From positions 66,483 to 130,482 of the forward strand of contig DPGI01000009.1 of NCBI GenBank assembly GCA_003522085.1: DNA of 64,000 nucleotides. The letters run 5' to 3'. Under the pieces are notes generated by a model that was not told the origin of the DNA, ran no database searches, and saw only the letters and a list, made by a program, of their open reading frames with translations. The translations under genes were made by a program, and so were the position numbers. The DNA comes from Clostridiales bacterium. GTDB taxonomy: Bacteria > Bacillota > Clostridia > Christensenellales > UBA1242. This document shows positions 17,862-26,468 of this stretch, piece by piece. Each line of letters opens with the position of its first letter. Positions within the stretch are counted from its first letter, which is position 1.

Positions 17862-18596
17862 ATGTGGTATAGTATTGTAATATCAGTATTGTTGGTTATC
17901 TGTATGGTGTTATATTTTGTCTTTAGCCGTAAATTGAAAATACCAACTGTGGCAACGGAAATTATGACATCTAAATACAATAAAAGGTTAAACAAACTTG
18001 AAAGATTTTGTAAATCAAATAAATTACAATTTGATAAAGCGAAATACTTAGGTAAGACGGTTGAAAGCGAATTAACTAATGAGAATTTAATCAGTAATAT
18101 TCAAACAATTCAAAATATTGCCTTCAACTTTGAAGAAATTGAAGATGTCTTTATATCTTCTAAAAAAGAAGAAGCGCAAAACAAAATCAACAGTTTAAAA
18201 CAAATTGCGCCTTTAAAAATATTTGCAGGTGAGTTAAAATGGGACAAAACAGTTGTTGGTTTATTTGATACATTTAATGCAGATCAAACTAAGTTAAATT
18301 TTGAATTTCAAAAATATTTAGGTTCACAAAATTTCATTAAGAATGGAGAGCAAAAATTATTCTTCTTGTCAGAAGATAAATTATTGATTGTTGATGAAAG
18401 AAATATATTTGAAAGCAAGATTGTTGATTGCAACCTTGAAGTAAGACAAATTGAAAATAGCGAAAACAGCGATACAGCAAAAGTTTTCAACTTAAAATTA
18501 TCATCTGGCGGCGACATTATTTTTAATAAAGAAGTTTTAGCCGATAAAGAATCGGTTTGTCATTATTTGACAAACAACAAATACTATAAAAAATAA
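17862..18596 (+). CDS. hypothetical N-terminally anchored membrane protein (244 aa)
   Basis: Single N-terminal TM (WYSIVISVLLVICMVLYFVF). No motif recognised. Lies 15 nt after rbr. Confidence 0.6.
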   Translation: MWYSIVISVLLVICMVLYFVFSRKLKIPTVATEIMTSKYNKRLNKLERFCKSNKLQFDKAKYLGKTVESELTNENLISNIQTIQNIAFNFEEIEDVFISSKKEEAQNKINSLKQIAPLKIFAGELKWDKTVVGLFDTFNADQTKLNFEFQKYLGSQNFIKNGEQKLFFLSEDKLLIVDERNIFESKIVDCNLEVRQIENSENSDTAKVFNLKLSSGGDIIFNKEVLADKESVCHYLTNNKYYKK

Positions 18597-18730
18597 AGGG
18601 AAATTTTTCTCTTTATTTTTTTGATAACAACTATAATGAATTTACGAAAAATTATAAAAAAATATAAAGAATAACATAATTTACGCTATTTTAACTAAAA
18701 TTTATGTATTTTAAGCCGTAAAAATGTTGG

Positions 18731-19597
18731 TTATTTAAAAGCAACAACAATTTTTGCTTCGATTTCAATATTTCCGCTTTTAACAGTTTCGGCATTTTTT
18801 GCGTAAGCGTCTATACTGCGATATGGCATACAGGTGTAAAAGTTCTCTTCCGTGATCTTATCAATAGTAAGTTTGGCAGAGGTAAAACTTGCGGCTTTTT
18901 GTTTAGCATCTTCAAGTGCAAGTTTTAGTGCTTTTTGATAGCAATTTGATATATCAGAGCAATCAAATTGAATATTATCTAATCTATTTGCTCCAAGTTC
19001 GGTTAATTCTGTTATTTGACTGCCGATATTTTCTAAATCAGTCGTTTTATATTCGATTGTATTGCTAATGTGATATTTTTGATATTTTTCGCTTGTTGTA
19101 TAATCTCCGCTTTGATAAACAGAATAATATTTTGTGATTATATCATTTTCTTCGATGTTTTTTGATTTTAAATAATCAATTATTGCGATTATGTTGTCAT
19201 TATTTTCTTTTATTGCGGTTTGAAGATTGGAATTCACAGTTTCGACGCCGATAGAAATATAGGCGATGTCAGGTTTTACTGTAACTTTTCCGCAACCAAA
19301 AACTATGATTTTTGCTACTGGCACATCATTGGCGTTTAAATCATATTTTACATTGCTATCAGTTGTGCTTTTAGATTGGTTTGCGTCATCATTTGCATCA
19401 AATTTTTCTTCTGCATCGTCATTTTCGTCAGCTTCTGGCTGATTATGAGTGTAGTTTTCATCCAAAATTTGTATTTCTTCTATTACAGGCGGCTCTTCAC
19501 TGAAACACTTTGCCGATATTAACTTTGTGGATGTAACTGTTGTGATAGATAAAATAGCCAAAGTAAATAAAAATAATTTTAAAATAAATTTTTTCAT
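18731..19597 (-). CDS. secreted SIMPL-domain (DUF541) protein
   Basis: Signal peptide MKKFILKLFLFTLAILSITTVTS, an acidic linker, then VTVKPDIAYISIGVETVNSNLQTAIKENNDNI...YLKSKNIEENDIIT, typical of SIMPL/26-kDa periplasmic antigen proteins. Confidence 0.7.
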   Translation of the reverse strand: MKKFILKLFLFTLAILSITTVTSTKLISAKCFSEEPPVIEEIQILDENYTHNQPEADENDDAEEKFDANDDANQSKSTTDSNVKYDLNANDVPVAKIIVFGCGKVTVKPDIAYISIGVETVNSNLQTAIKENNDNIIAIIDYLKSKNIEENDIITKYYSVYQSGDYTTSEKYQKYHISNTIEYKTTDLENIGSQITELTELGANRLDNIQFDCSDISNCYQKALKLALEDAKQKAASFTSAKLTIDKITEENFYTCMPYRSIDAYAKNAETVKSGNIEIEAKIVVAFK

Positions 19598-19834
19598 AAT
19601 TTTCTCCTTTTACATTTTTTAATTTGATTAAAAGAAAAAAATATATTCAAAAAATATTTTTTAACACGATGATTAAAGGGAGATAAATATTTTAAAAAAT
19701 CAACAATTTTAATTTTTTTGCGATTTTTTAGCATTTTTTGCTAATTTTTTATTAAAAATTGCGTAATTATTAAAATTTTCATCAAATCTTGACGAAATTG
19801 CAAAAATGTTATACAATTGAATAAGGAGAGAAAA

Positions 19835-20764
19835 ATGAAGGAAGGAAGACTTTGGCTTACACCAGAAAAAGAAAGTAAAGAATTTGAGTGCGACGACCAA
19901 TATTTTTCTAGTAAACTTGAAATCGTTAAGATTAACAAGGCTATTGTTGATAAAATTAAAGCGAAGGATGAATTGACGGCACAAGAAATTAACAGATGTG
20001 CTCTTATTCGTGCGGCTATCAGTTCCACAATGCTTGATAATCCTAAAGCCCGAAATGAAATGCCACCATATGAAGATGAATTTAGCGTTCAAAACAAAGC
20101 ATTGATTCAAGGGTATATTGAAGCGCAAGAAGAGTTGTTTTATTATTTAGATGCGAAAGATATATTTGGAAATTTCAAAGATAGATTTTTGGACCACAAT
20201 TTGCTACCATTTATTCATCAAAAACTGATGAAAAACAACGATGATCTTTCTACAAAAGAAAAATTTGGATTTAGAGATGAAAAATCAGGACTAATTCAAC
20301 TTAGCTTTTTCGAACCTACAAATGCAAAAGACATCACAAAATCTTTGGGAGAAATGTTTGTTAAATATGTAAATTGTGACATTGATTGGAACGATATAAA
20401 TGCTGATAGACCAATTAATTTTGCCAACATAGCAAAAGCGCACGCTCAATTCGTGAGAATTCAACCATTTACTGACGGCAACAAACGAATGGCATTTATA
20501 TTAACAAATGGAATGTTAAAACTTCAAGGATTATCGCCGATTTCGATTTGTGAGACAGAAGAAGAAAGCAAAGCATACATGGATGCTTTAAAAGAGGCAA
20601 TTGTAAATAGAAATGTGACTTCGCTTGCTGAAATTTTTGTCGATAGAGAAATAAGTCAGCAAAGGCTTGCAATAAACGAAGCGACGGTTTCAGCGGCGGA
20701 AAAACAAATTTTTAACGAAAAGAGCAAAATTGTAAAAGACGACAATACCACTTGGAATTTGTAA
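19835..20764 (+). CDS. Fic/Doc family protein with a Doc-type (NKR) but His-less motif
   Basis: Motif region HAQFVRIQPFTDGNKRMAFILTNG. I place the start at the ATG at 19835, 7 nt after AAGGAGAG (the track starts at TTG 19817). Confidence 0.8.
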   Translation: MKEGRLWLTPEKESKEFECDDQYFSSKLEIVKINKAIVDKIKAKDELTAQEINRCALIRAAISSTMLDNPKARNEMPPYEDEFSVQNKALIQGYIEAQEELFYYLDAKDIFGNFKDRFLDHNLLPFIHQKLMKNNDDLSTKEKFGFRDEKSGLIQLSFFEPTNAKDITKSLGEMFVKYVNCDIDWNDINADRPINFANIAKAHAQFVRIQPFTDGNKRMAFILTNGMLKLQGLSPISICETEEESKAYMDALKEAIVNRNVTSLAEIFVDREISQQRLAINEATVSAAEKQIFNEKSKIVKDDNTTWNL

Positions 20765-20793
20765 ATTATGATTTATGGAGTGATAGTAAAAAA

Positions 20794-20818
20794 AACCTGC
20801 AAAACTGCAGGTTTTTTG
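20794..20818 (+). terminator. intrinsic terminator after the Fic gene
   Basis: AACCTGCA / TGCAGGTT stem, loop AAAC, then T6. Confidence 0.7.
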
Positions 20819-20942
20819 TTGATATTAGGAAAGATTAAACATCGCTATTGGAAATTAAGAAATTTAAATACAAGTTGTTGAATATAGGTTTGCAAATTAT
20901 GCAAAAGAGTATAAAAAGAGTGTAAATTTTATAGTATATTTT

Positions 20943-21380
20943 TTATTTAATAATAATGTCATCAATGGTTGGATTAAGCTTTTTATTCAAAAATTTACCA
21001 ATGCCATTTTGAGGAAAAGAAAGATCTAAAAAGGCATTGATTTGAGCTTGTTGTGTTTTATTTGGGTTCTCAATCAAGGCTACGTTTTCAACATAATATT
21101 CGCCAGCGCGAAAGATATCGCTTACATGTTTGATTCTTATAAAATCTTCGACATTAAGAACAGAACGACCATTTTTTAAATTTACAATTTGTTCTTGTAA
21201 AAAAGGGTCTTTTAATACTTCTTTTACCAAAATGAAAGTTGATTTACCTTTTACTTTTGCTAAAACTACATTTTTGCCATTTTTAAGAGAACGAAATTCT
21301 TCGATTAATCCTTTGCCCTTTACGCATGTGCTGAAACGAACATCTCCTGTATAGAATTCAATTTTATTTTTTGTGATCAT
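20943..21380 (-). CDS. hypothetical protein (145 aa)
   Basis: Clean ORF with a GGAGAA RBS. No motif recognised. Convergent with the Fic gene. Confidence 0.55.
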   Translation of the reverse strand: MITKNKIEFYTGDVRFSTCVKGKGLIEEFRSLKNGKNVVLAKVKGKSTFILVKEVLKDPFLQEQIVNLKNGRSVLNVEDFIRIKHVSDIFRAGEYYVENVALIENPNKTQQAQINAFLDLSFPQNGIGKFLNKKLNPTIDDIIIK

Positions 21381-21632
21381 GATTTTCTCCTTGTTTACTT
21401 TGATATTTTAAAGGTTTATTTACAAAAAGTCAATAGTTATTTTGTATATAATATATAAATATTTTGTCGAAATTTTATGGTTGACAAAAAAAGAAAATAC
21501 ACTCTTTTTAGAAAAGTTTTATGTGGACAACTCATTTTTTGGGGAACCAAAAAGGTGGCAGTTATTTATTAAAATAGAACTGTCATCGTTGTTTTTATGG
21601 GAGTTTAGCGAATAGTCAAAATTTTACTAAAA

Positions 21633-21680
21633 ATACAATATATATTATTTTTTAAAATTGCTTGACACAATATGTTGTGG
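21633..21680. promoter_or_regulatory. tandem NrdR-box-like operators overlapping the nrdD promoter
   Basis: ACACAATATGTTGTGG (21665-21680) is close to the NrdR consensus acaCwAtATaTwGtgt and overlaps the -35 TTGACA (21662-21667). A weaker box ATACAATATATATTAT lies at 21633-21648. Centre-to-centre distance is 32 bp. -10 TAGATT at 21686-21691. Confidence 0.55.
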
Positions 21681-21730
21681 TGTGGTAGATTGTGTTTAGC
21701 ATCAAAAATAATCACAAAAGGAGAAAAAAT

Positions 21731-24097
21731 ATGGACAAGATTATTAAGAGAGATGGACGTATCGTTGACTGGGATATTTCCAAAATTGAAAATGCTATTG
21801 TAAAGGCGATGATGTCACTTGGAGAAGGTGATGTTCGTGATGCAAGAAAACTTGCTAAGATTACGGAATTGGAAATTACTGAAAAATACGACGGGAAACT
21901 TCCTTCAGTGGAGGATGTTCAAGACACTGTTGAACGTGTTTTGATGAAAAACGGATACGAAAACGTTGCTAAATGCTATATTTTGTATCGTAAGAGTCAT
22001 GAGAAAATCAGAAATGCTTCTGAAACACTTATGGATTATAAAAACACAATCGACAAATACCTTAAATTAGCTGATTGGAGAGTTAAAGAAAACTCAACTG
22101 TTACATATTCAGTTGGCGGACTTATCTTGTCAAACTCCGGCGCTATGACGGCGAATTACTGGCTGAGCGAAGTATACGACAAAGAAATTGCCGACGCTCA
22201 CAAGAACTGCGATATCCACCTGCACGATCTTTCAATGTTGACAGGTTATTGCGCTGGTTGGTCGCTTAAACAACTTATTAAAGAAGGCCTTGGCGGCATT
22301 TCTGGCAAAATTACATCATCTCCTGCTTCGCACCTTTCGACTCTTTGTAACCAAATGGTCAACTTCTTAGGAATTATGCAAAATGAATGGGCGGGAGCAC
22401 AAGCATTCTCTTCGTTTGACACATATCTTGCTCCTTTTGTTAAGATAGATAACCTTACATATAAAGAAGTTAAACAATGCATTCAATCATTCATTTATGG
22501 TGTGAACACTCCTTCACGTTGGGGAACACAAGCGCCTTTCACAAACATTACGCTTGACTGGGTTGTTCCAAGTGATTTGGCAGAACTACCTGCAATCGTT
22601 GGCGGAAAAGAGCAAAATTTTAAATATAAAGACTGCAAAAAAGAAATGGATATGGTCAACAAGGCCTTTATCGAAATTATGATTGAAGGTGACGCAAACG
22701 GCCGCGGATTCCAATATCCTATTCCAACATATTCAATCACAAAGAACTTTGACTGGTCAGAAACGGAAAACAACAAACTGTTGTTTGAAATGACAACCAA
22801 ATATGGAACTCCATATTTCTCAAACTATATCAACAGCGATATGGAACCAAGCGATGTTCGCAGTATGTGCTGCCGTTTGAGACTTGATTTGAGAGAGCTG
22901 CGTAAGAAATCAGGCGGATATTTTGGTAGCGGTGAAAGCACAGGTTCTATCGGCGTTGTAACCATCAATATGCCTAAAATTGCATATCTTTCAAAGGACG
23001 AAGATGAATTTTTTGATAGACTTAACAGAGTGATGGATATCTCTGCGCGTTCACTTAAAATGAAGCGTGACACAATCACAAAATTGCTTGAAGCAGGACT
23101 TTATCCTTACACAAAACGTTATCTCGGAACATTTAACAATCATTTCTCGACGATTGGCCTTGTAGGAATGAATGAAGCATGCTTAAATGCTAAATGGATT
23201 AGAGCCGACATGACAAGAAAAGAAGCACAAGAATTTACTAAAAAAGTGCTCAATCACATGAGAAATCGCCTTTCAGATTATCAAGAAACGTATGGGGACC
23301 TTTATAACTTGGAAGCAACTCCAGCCGAAAGCACATCTTATCGTTTGGCTAAGCATGATAAGGAAAGATTTCCTGACATCATCACTGCAAACGAAGGTAA
23401 AACTCCATATTATACAAACAGTTCGCATTTGCCAGTTGGCTTTACTGCTGATATTTTTGAAGCGCTTGATATTCAAGATGAACTTCAAACTCTTTACACT
23501 TCGGGAACAGTTTTCCATGCTTTCTTGGGACAAAAACTCGACAACTGGAAGACAACTGCAAACCTTGTTAGAAAGATTGCTGAAAATTATAGATTGCCTT
23601 ATTACACAATCAGCCCTACTTATTCAATTTGCCGCAATCACGGATATATTTCTGGCGAAGTTTATGAATGCCCAGAATGCGGAGAAAAGACAGAAGTTTA
23701 CAGTAGAATTACCGGATATTATCGCCCTGTTCAAAACTGGAACGATGGCAAGAGCCAAGAATTTAAAGATCGTGTAACGTATGATATTTCACACTCAGTT
23801 TTAAAGAAAAAAGAAGGCTGCTGCGAAGAAAAACACGAATGCTGCTGCCATGAAAAAGCGGGGAATGATATTTTGCTTTTCACAACAAAAACTTGTCCTA
23901 ACTGCAAAATGGCAAAGAGATTGCTTGATGCTGCTGGGGTTAAATATGTTGCGATTGATGCAGAAGACGAAAGAGACTTAACAAATAAATACGGCGTTAA
24001 AAAAGCGCCTACAATGCTTGTTCCAAATGGCGCAGACTTTGATAGATATGACAACGCAAGCGAAATAAACAGATATATTGAAGGACTTAAAAAATAA
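21731..24097 (+). CDS. nrdD: anaerobic (class III) ribonucleoside-triphosphate reductase with a C-terminal Cys-rich linker and NrdH/glutaredoxin-like domain
   Basis: ATP-cone N-terminus (MDKIIKRDGRIVDWD), finger-loop SDVRSMCCRLRLD, Zn ribbon CRNH...CPECGEK, glycyl-radical motif SRITGYYRPV. About 110 extra residues follow, including EGCCEEKHECCCHEK and LLFTTKTCPNCKMAKRLL. I use the ATG at 21731 (AAAGGAGA RBS), not the track start at 21692. Confidence 0.93.
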   Translation: MDKIIKRDGRIVDWDISKIENAIVKAMMSLGEGDVRDARKLAKITELEITEKYDGKLPSVEDVQDTVERVLMKNGYENVAKCYILYRKSHEKIRNASETLMDYKNTIDKYLKLADWRVKENSTVTYSVGGLILSNSGAMTANYWLSEVYDKEIADAHKNCDIHLHDLSMLTGYCAGWSLKQLIKEGLGGISGKITSSPASHLSTLCNQMVNFLGIMQNEWAGAQAFSSFDTYLAPFVKIDNLTYKEVKQCIQSFIYGVNTPSRWGTQAPFTNITLDWVVPSDLAELPAIVGGKEQNFKYKDCKKEMDMVNKAFIEIMIEGDANGRGFQYPIPTYSITKNFDWSETENNKLLFEMTTKYGTPYFSNYINSDMEPSDVRSMCCRLRLDLRELRKKSGGYFGSGESTGSIGVVTINMPKIAYLSKDEDEFFDRLNRVMDISARSLKMKRDTITKLLEAGLYPYTKRYLGTFNNHFSTIGLVGMNEACLNAKWIRADMTRKEAQEFTKKVLNHMRNRLSDYQETYGDLYNLEATPAESTSYRLAKHDKERFPDIITANEGKTPYYTNSSHLPVGFTADIFEALDIQDELQTLYTSGTVFHAFLGQKLDNWKTTANLVRKIAENYRLPYYTISPTYSICRNHGYISGEVYECPECGEKTEVYSRITGYYRPVQNWNDGKSQEFKDRVTYDISHSVLKKKEGCCEEKHECCCHEKAGNDILLFTTKTCPNCKMAKRLLDAAGVKYVAIDAEDERDLTNKYGVKKAPTMLVPNGADFDRYDNASEINRYIEGLKK

Positions 24098-24999
24098 TGA
24101 CTGATGTTTTAGTTATCGGGGCGGGAGCTGCGGGAATGACCGCGGCTCTGTATGCTCTTCGAAATGGCAAAAGTGTAACAGTGCTTGAAAAAAATAACAT
24201 TGGCGGGCAAATTTCAGAGTCGCCAAGAGTTGAAAATTTTCCAACTATTAAAACCATTACAGGTGCCGACTTTGCAGACAGACTTTTTGAACAAATAACC
24301 GAACACGGTGCTGAATTCAAATTTGGCAAAGTTGAAAAAGTTGAAAAAATTGACGACGTTTTTTATGTAACAACAGAGTTTGATACTCTTCAAGCAAAAA
24401 GTGTTGTGATTGCGTGCGGAGTTGAACATAGAAAACTGCACCTCGAAAAAGAAGACGAATTTGTTGGGCACGGAATAAGTTTTTGTGCGCTTTGCGACGG
24501 CGCGTTTTATGCAAATGAAAACGTTGTGCTGATAGGTGATGGAAACACCGCTTTGCAATATGCGTTGCTGCTTTCGTCATACTGCAAAAGCGTGAATGTG
24601 GTGACGATGTTTGATAGATTTTTCGGAGACGAAGCGCTCATTTGTGCGCTTGAAAAAAAAGAAAACATTGTTGTTACGCACAACGCTCAACTTGTTAAAC
24701 TTTTAGGTCAAAATGAATTGGAAGGTTTGGTGTTTAAAAGAACGAATGGCGAAGAATTTGACATTGTCACAAAGGGATTGTTTGTGGCGATTGGACAAGT
24801 TCCAAACAACAAAGTTTTTGAAAATCTGGTCGACTTAAAAAATGGATATTTTGTATGCGACGAAAACATGGCTACAAAAACGGCAGGTGTGTTTGTTGCG
24901 GGTGATTGCCGTGATAAAAAAGTGCGACAACTAACTACGGCGTGTTCAGACGGAGCGATAGCGGCAACAAGTGCGTGCAATTATTTGCAAACATTATAA
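24097..24999 (+). CDS. trxB: low-Mr thioredoxin-reductase-like flavoprotein (NADPH-site Arg residues not evident)
   Basis: FAD motif VLVIGAGAAGMTAALYA and redox CALCDG. The second Rossmann motif reads LIGDGNTALQYA...VNVVTMFDRFFGDE, where canonical TrxB has HRRDxFRA. The start overlaps the nrdD stop (TAATG). Confidence 0.82.
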   Translation: MTDVLVIGAGAAGMTAALYALRNGKSVTVLEKNNIGGQISESPRVENFPTIKTITGADFADRLFEQITEHGAEFKFGKVEKVEKIDDVFYVTTEFDTLQAKSVVIACGVEHRKLHLEKEDEFVGHGISFCALCDGAFYANENVVLIGDGNTALQYALLLSSYCKSVNVVTMFDRFFGDEALICALEKKENIVVTHNAQLVKLLGQNELEGLVFKRTNGEEFDIVTKGLFVAIGQVPNNKVFENLVDLKNGYFVCDENMATKTAGVFVAGDCRDKKVRQLTTACSDGAIAATSACNYLQTL

Positions 25000-25164
25000 A
25001 AACTTGGAATAAAAAAGAGAGAACTTAAGGTTAAAAACTTTTGAAACTTGCATAATAAAATAAGAATTTATATATTCCATAAGATATGGAATAATACAAT
25101 TTGTATATAATAATTTGACAAATATTAATCTATAAAGTAGAGAGTTTCCAATTGTGCAAATTTG

Positions 25165-25193
25165 TTGTAAATTGATTGTGATCTTGATATAAT
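25165..25193 (+). promoter_or_regulatory. promoter of the XRE-family gene
   Basis: TTGTAA (25165-25170), 17-nt spacer, TGaTATAAT extended -10 (25185-25193). Confidence 0.5.
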
Positions 25194-25214
25194 GACTATG
25201 AAAAGGAGAGTATT

Positions 25215-26108
25215 ATGGAATCAATAAAGGACAGAATTGTTAAATTAAGAAATTTATTGAGATTAACACAACAGGACTTATCAGAAAAAATCCACATTTC
25301 TGATAAAGTAATAAGTAAATGGGAATGCGGGGAAAGTGAGCCATCACTTGCTGATACAAAATCGCTTGCTGAATTTTTTAAAGTTTCAATGGATTATCTT
25401 GCCAGTGGAATTGTTTCACCTAGTGACAAACTTGTTTTGGAACGCAAGCCAACAACAGGTGAACTTGCAGATGACTTTTTGAAACAATGCTGGGAGATAA
25501 TAAAAATCAAAAATCTTCAAAAATATAAAGACATTTTATTGCCTAAAAAGGTTATAGGACGCGCTAGACCTGAATATGGCGAACATGTTACAAATTTAAG
25601 TGGTGGTGTTTTTAAAGGAGATGATGATTGGGAATGGCAAAATGTTATTACACCATATATTGACAGAAAAAAATTAATTGCTTTAGATAATTTTGATATT
25701 TATGAAAAACTTAAAGATTTGCCAACTTCATACGGCGAAGTTAGATTTTTGGCAAAGAAATATAATCGTCAAGATATCCTAACACTTATGCCAGAAAACC
25801 ATTCTAGTGATTTTTATTGCGATAGAGATATTCAACCTCTATCCGCTAAAGATATAAAAGGTTGTACTGATATTGGATTTTATAAAGAACTTTCAAAAGC
25901 GGGTCAAAACGAATTAAATAGTGCTCTTAATGAATTATGCGAAGATAATGAAAACTTTTGGCTAATTGTTAAATGTTTAATTGAAAATGGAGCTGTTAAA
26001 TTAATTCCACTTTATGATGCCTACTATGAGACAAACCAATATGTACCAGATGTGTTAGTAACAAAACTTCTTTTAGAAATGGCTCGTGAAAAAACCAAAA
26101 ATAAATAA
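25215..26108 (+). CDS. XRE-family HTH protein with an uncharacterised ~220-aa C-terminal domain
   Basis: N-terminus IVKLRNLLRLTQQDLSEKIHISDKVISKWECGESEPSLADTKSLAEFFKVSMDYL is a classic Cro/C1 HTH. AAAGGAGAG RBS. Confidence 0.8.
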   Translation: MESIKDRIVKLRNLLRLTQQDLSEKIHISDKVISKWECGESEPSLADTKSLAEFFKVSMDYLASGIVSPSDKLVLERKPTTGELADDFLKQCWEIIKIKNLQKYKDILLPKKVIGRARPEYGEHVTNLSGGVFKGDDDWEWQNVITPYIDRKKLIALDNFDIYEKLKDLPTSYGEVRFLAKKYNRQDILTLMPENHSSDFYCDRDIQPLSAKDIKGCTDIGFYKELSKAGQNELNSALNELCEDNENFWLIVKCLIENGAVKLIPLYDAYYETNQYVPDVLVTKLLLEMAREKTKNK

Positions 26109-26131
26109 CATCTTTGATGTGGCATTTAAAC

Positions 26132-26187
26132 GTGTGCTTGTCTTGATACAAGTCGGTGTCGCTTCGCTCCACCGAAGACAAGCACAC
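26132..26187. other. bulged long hairpin element, copy A
   Basis: 13-bp perfect outer stem GTGTGCTTGTCTT (26132-26144) / AAGACAAGCACAC (26175-26187). A 9-nt 5'-side bulge, then inner stem CGGTG/CACCG and an 11-nt loop. No T-run follows. Confidence 0.6.
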
Positions 26188-26212
26188 ATCTATAAACTAA
26201 ATTAAAGAATAC

Positions 26213-26254
26213 AAAAAGCGAAAATGTTGGTAAAATAACACACTTTCGCTTTTT
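26213..26254. terminator. bidirectional terminator between the XRE gene and nrdG
   Basis: AAAGCGAAA / TTTCGCTTT stem with a large 20-nt loop, an A-run on the left and a T-run on the right. Confidence 0.5.
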
Positions 26255-26302
26255 GCTGTTATTTTTTCTTCTCTTTTTTATTATGGTAAACAAATATTCT
26301 TT

Positions 26303-26351
26303 GTTGTCAAGGTTAAAGTGTATGTCGCTATTGGCGACAATCCTTGACAAC
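26303..26351. other. bulged long hairpin element, copy B
   Basis: 10-bp perfect outer stem GTTGTCAAGG (26303-26312) / CCTTGACAAC (26342-26351). A 10-nt 5'-side bulge, then inner stem TGTCGC/GCGACA and a 5-nt loop. It has the same architecture as copy A and shares the TTGTC...TGTCGCT strings. Confidence 0.6.
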
Positions 26352-26468
26352 GTCAGTAATATTTGTTTCTTTTTCAGTTAAGAGAGAAAAAAACACCCTA
26401 ATCATTTGTAGATTAACGTGCTGATATTCCGCTAGTTTCAAACAATATTGACTAAGGGTTCTCTTTTT

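Noticed and set aside
21481-21600. TTGACA plus two hairpins (TTTTTGG/CCAAAAA; GGCAGTT/AACTGTC followed by a T-rich run) upstream of nrdD, considered as a small RNA or riboswitch
   Set aside because: There is no acceptable -10 at the right spacing. The stems are short and AU-rich. There is no match to any riboswitch core I know (B12, NrdR-independent leaders). Left as unexplained leader DNA.
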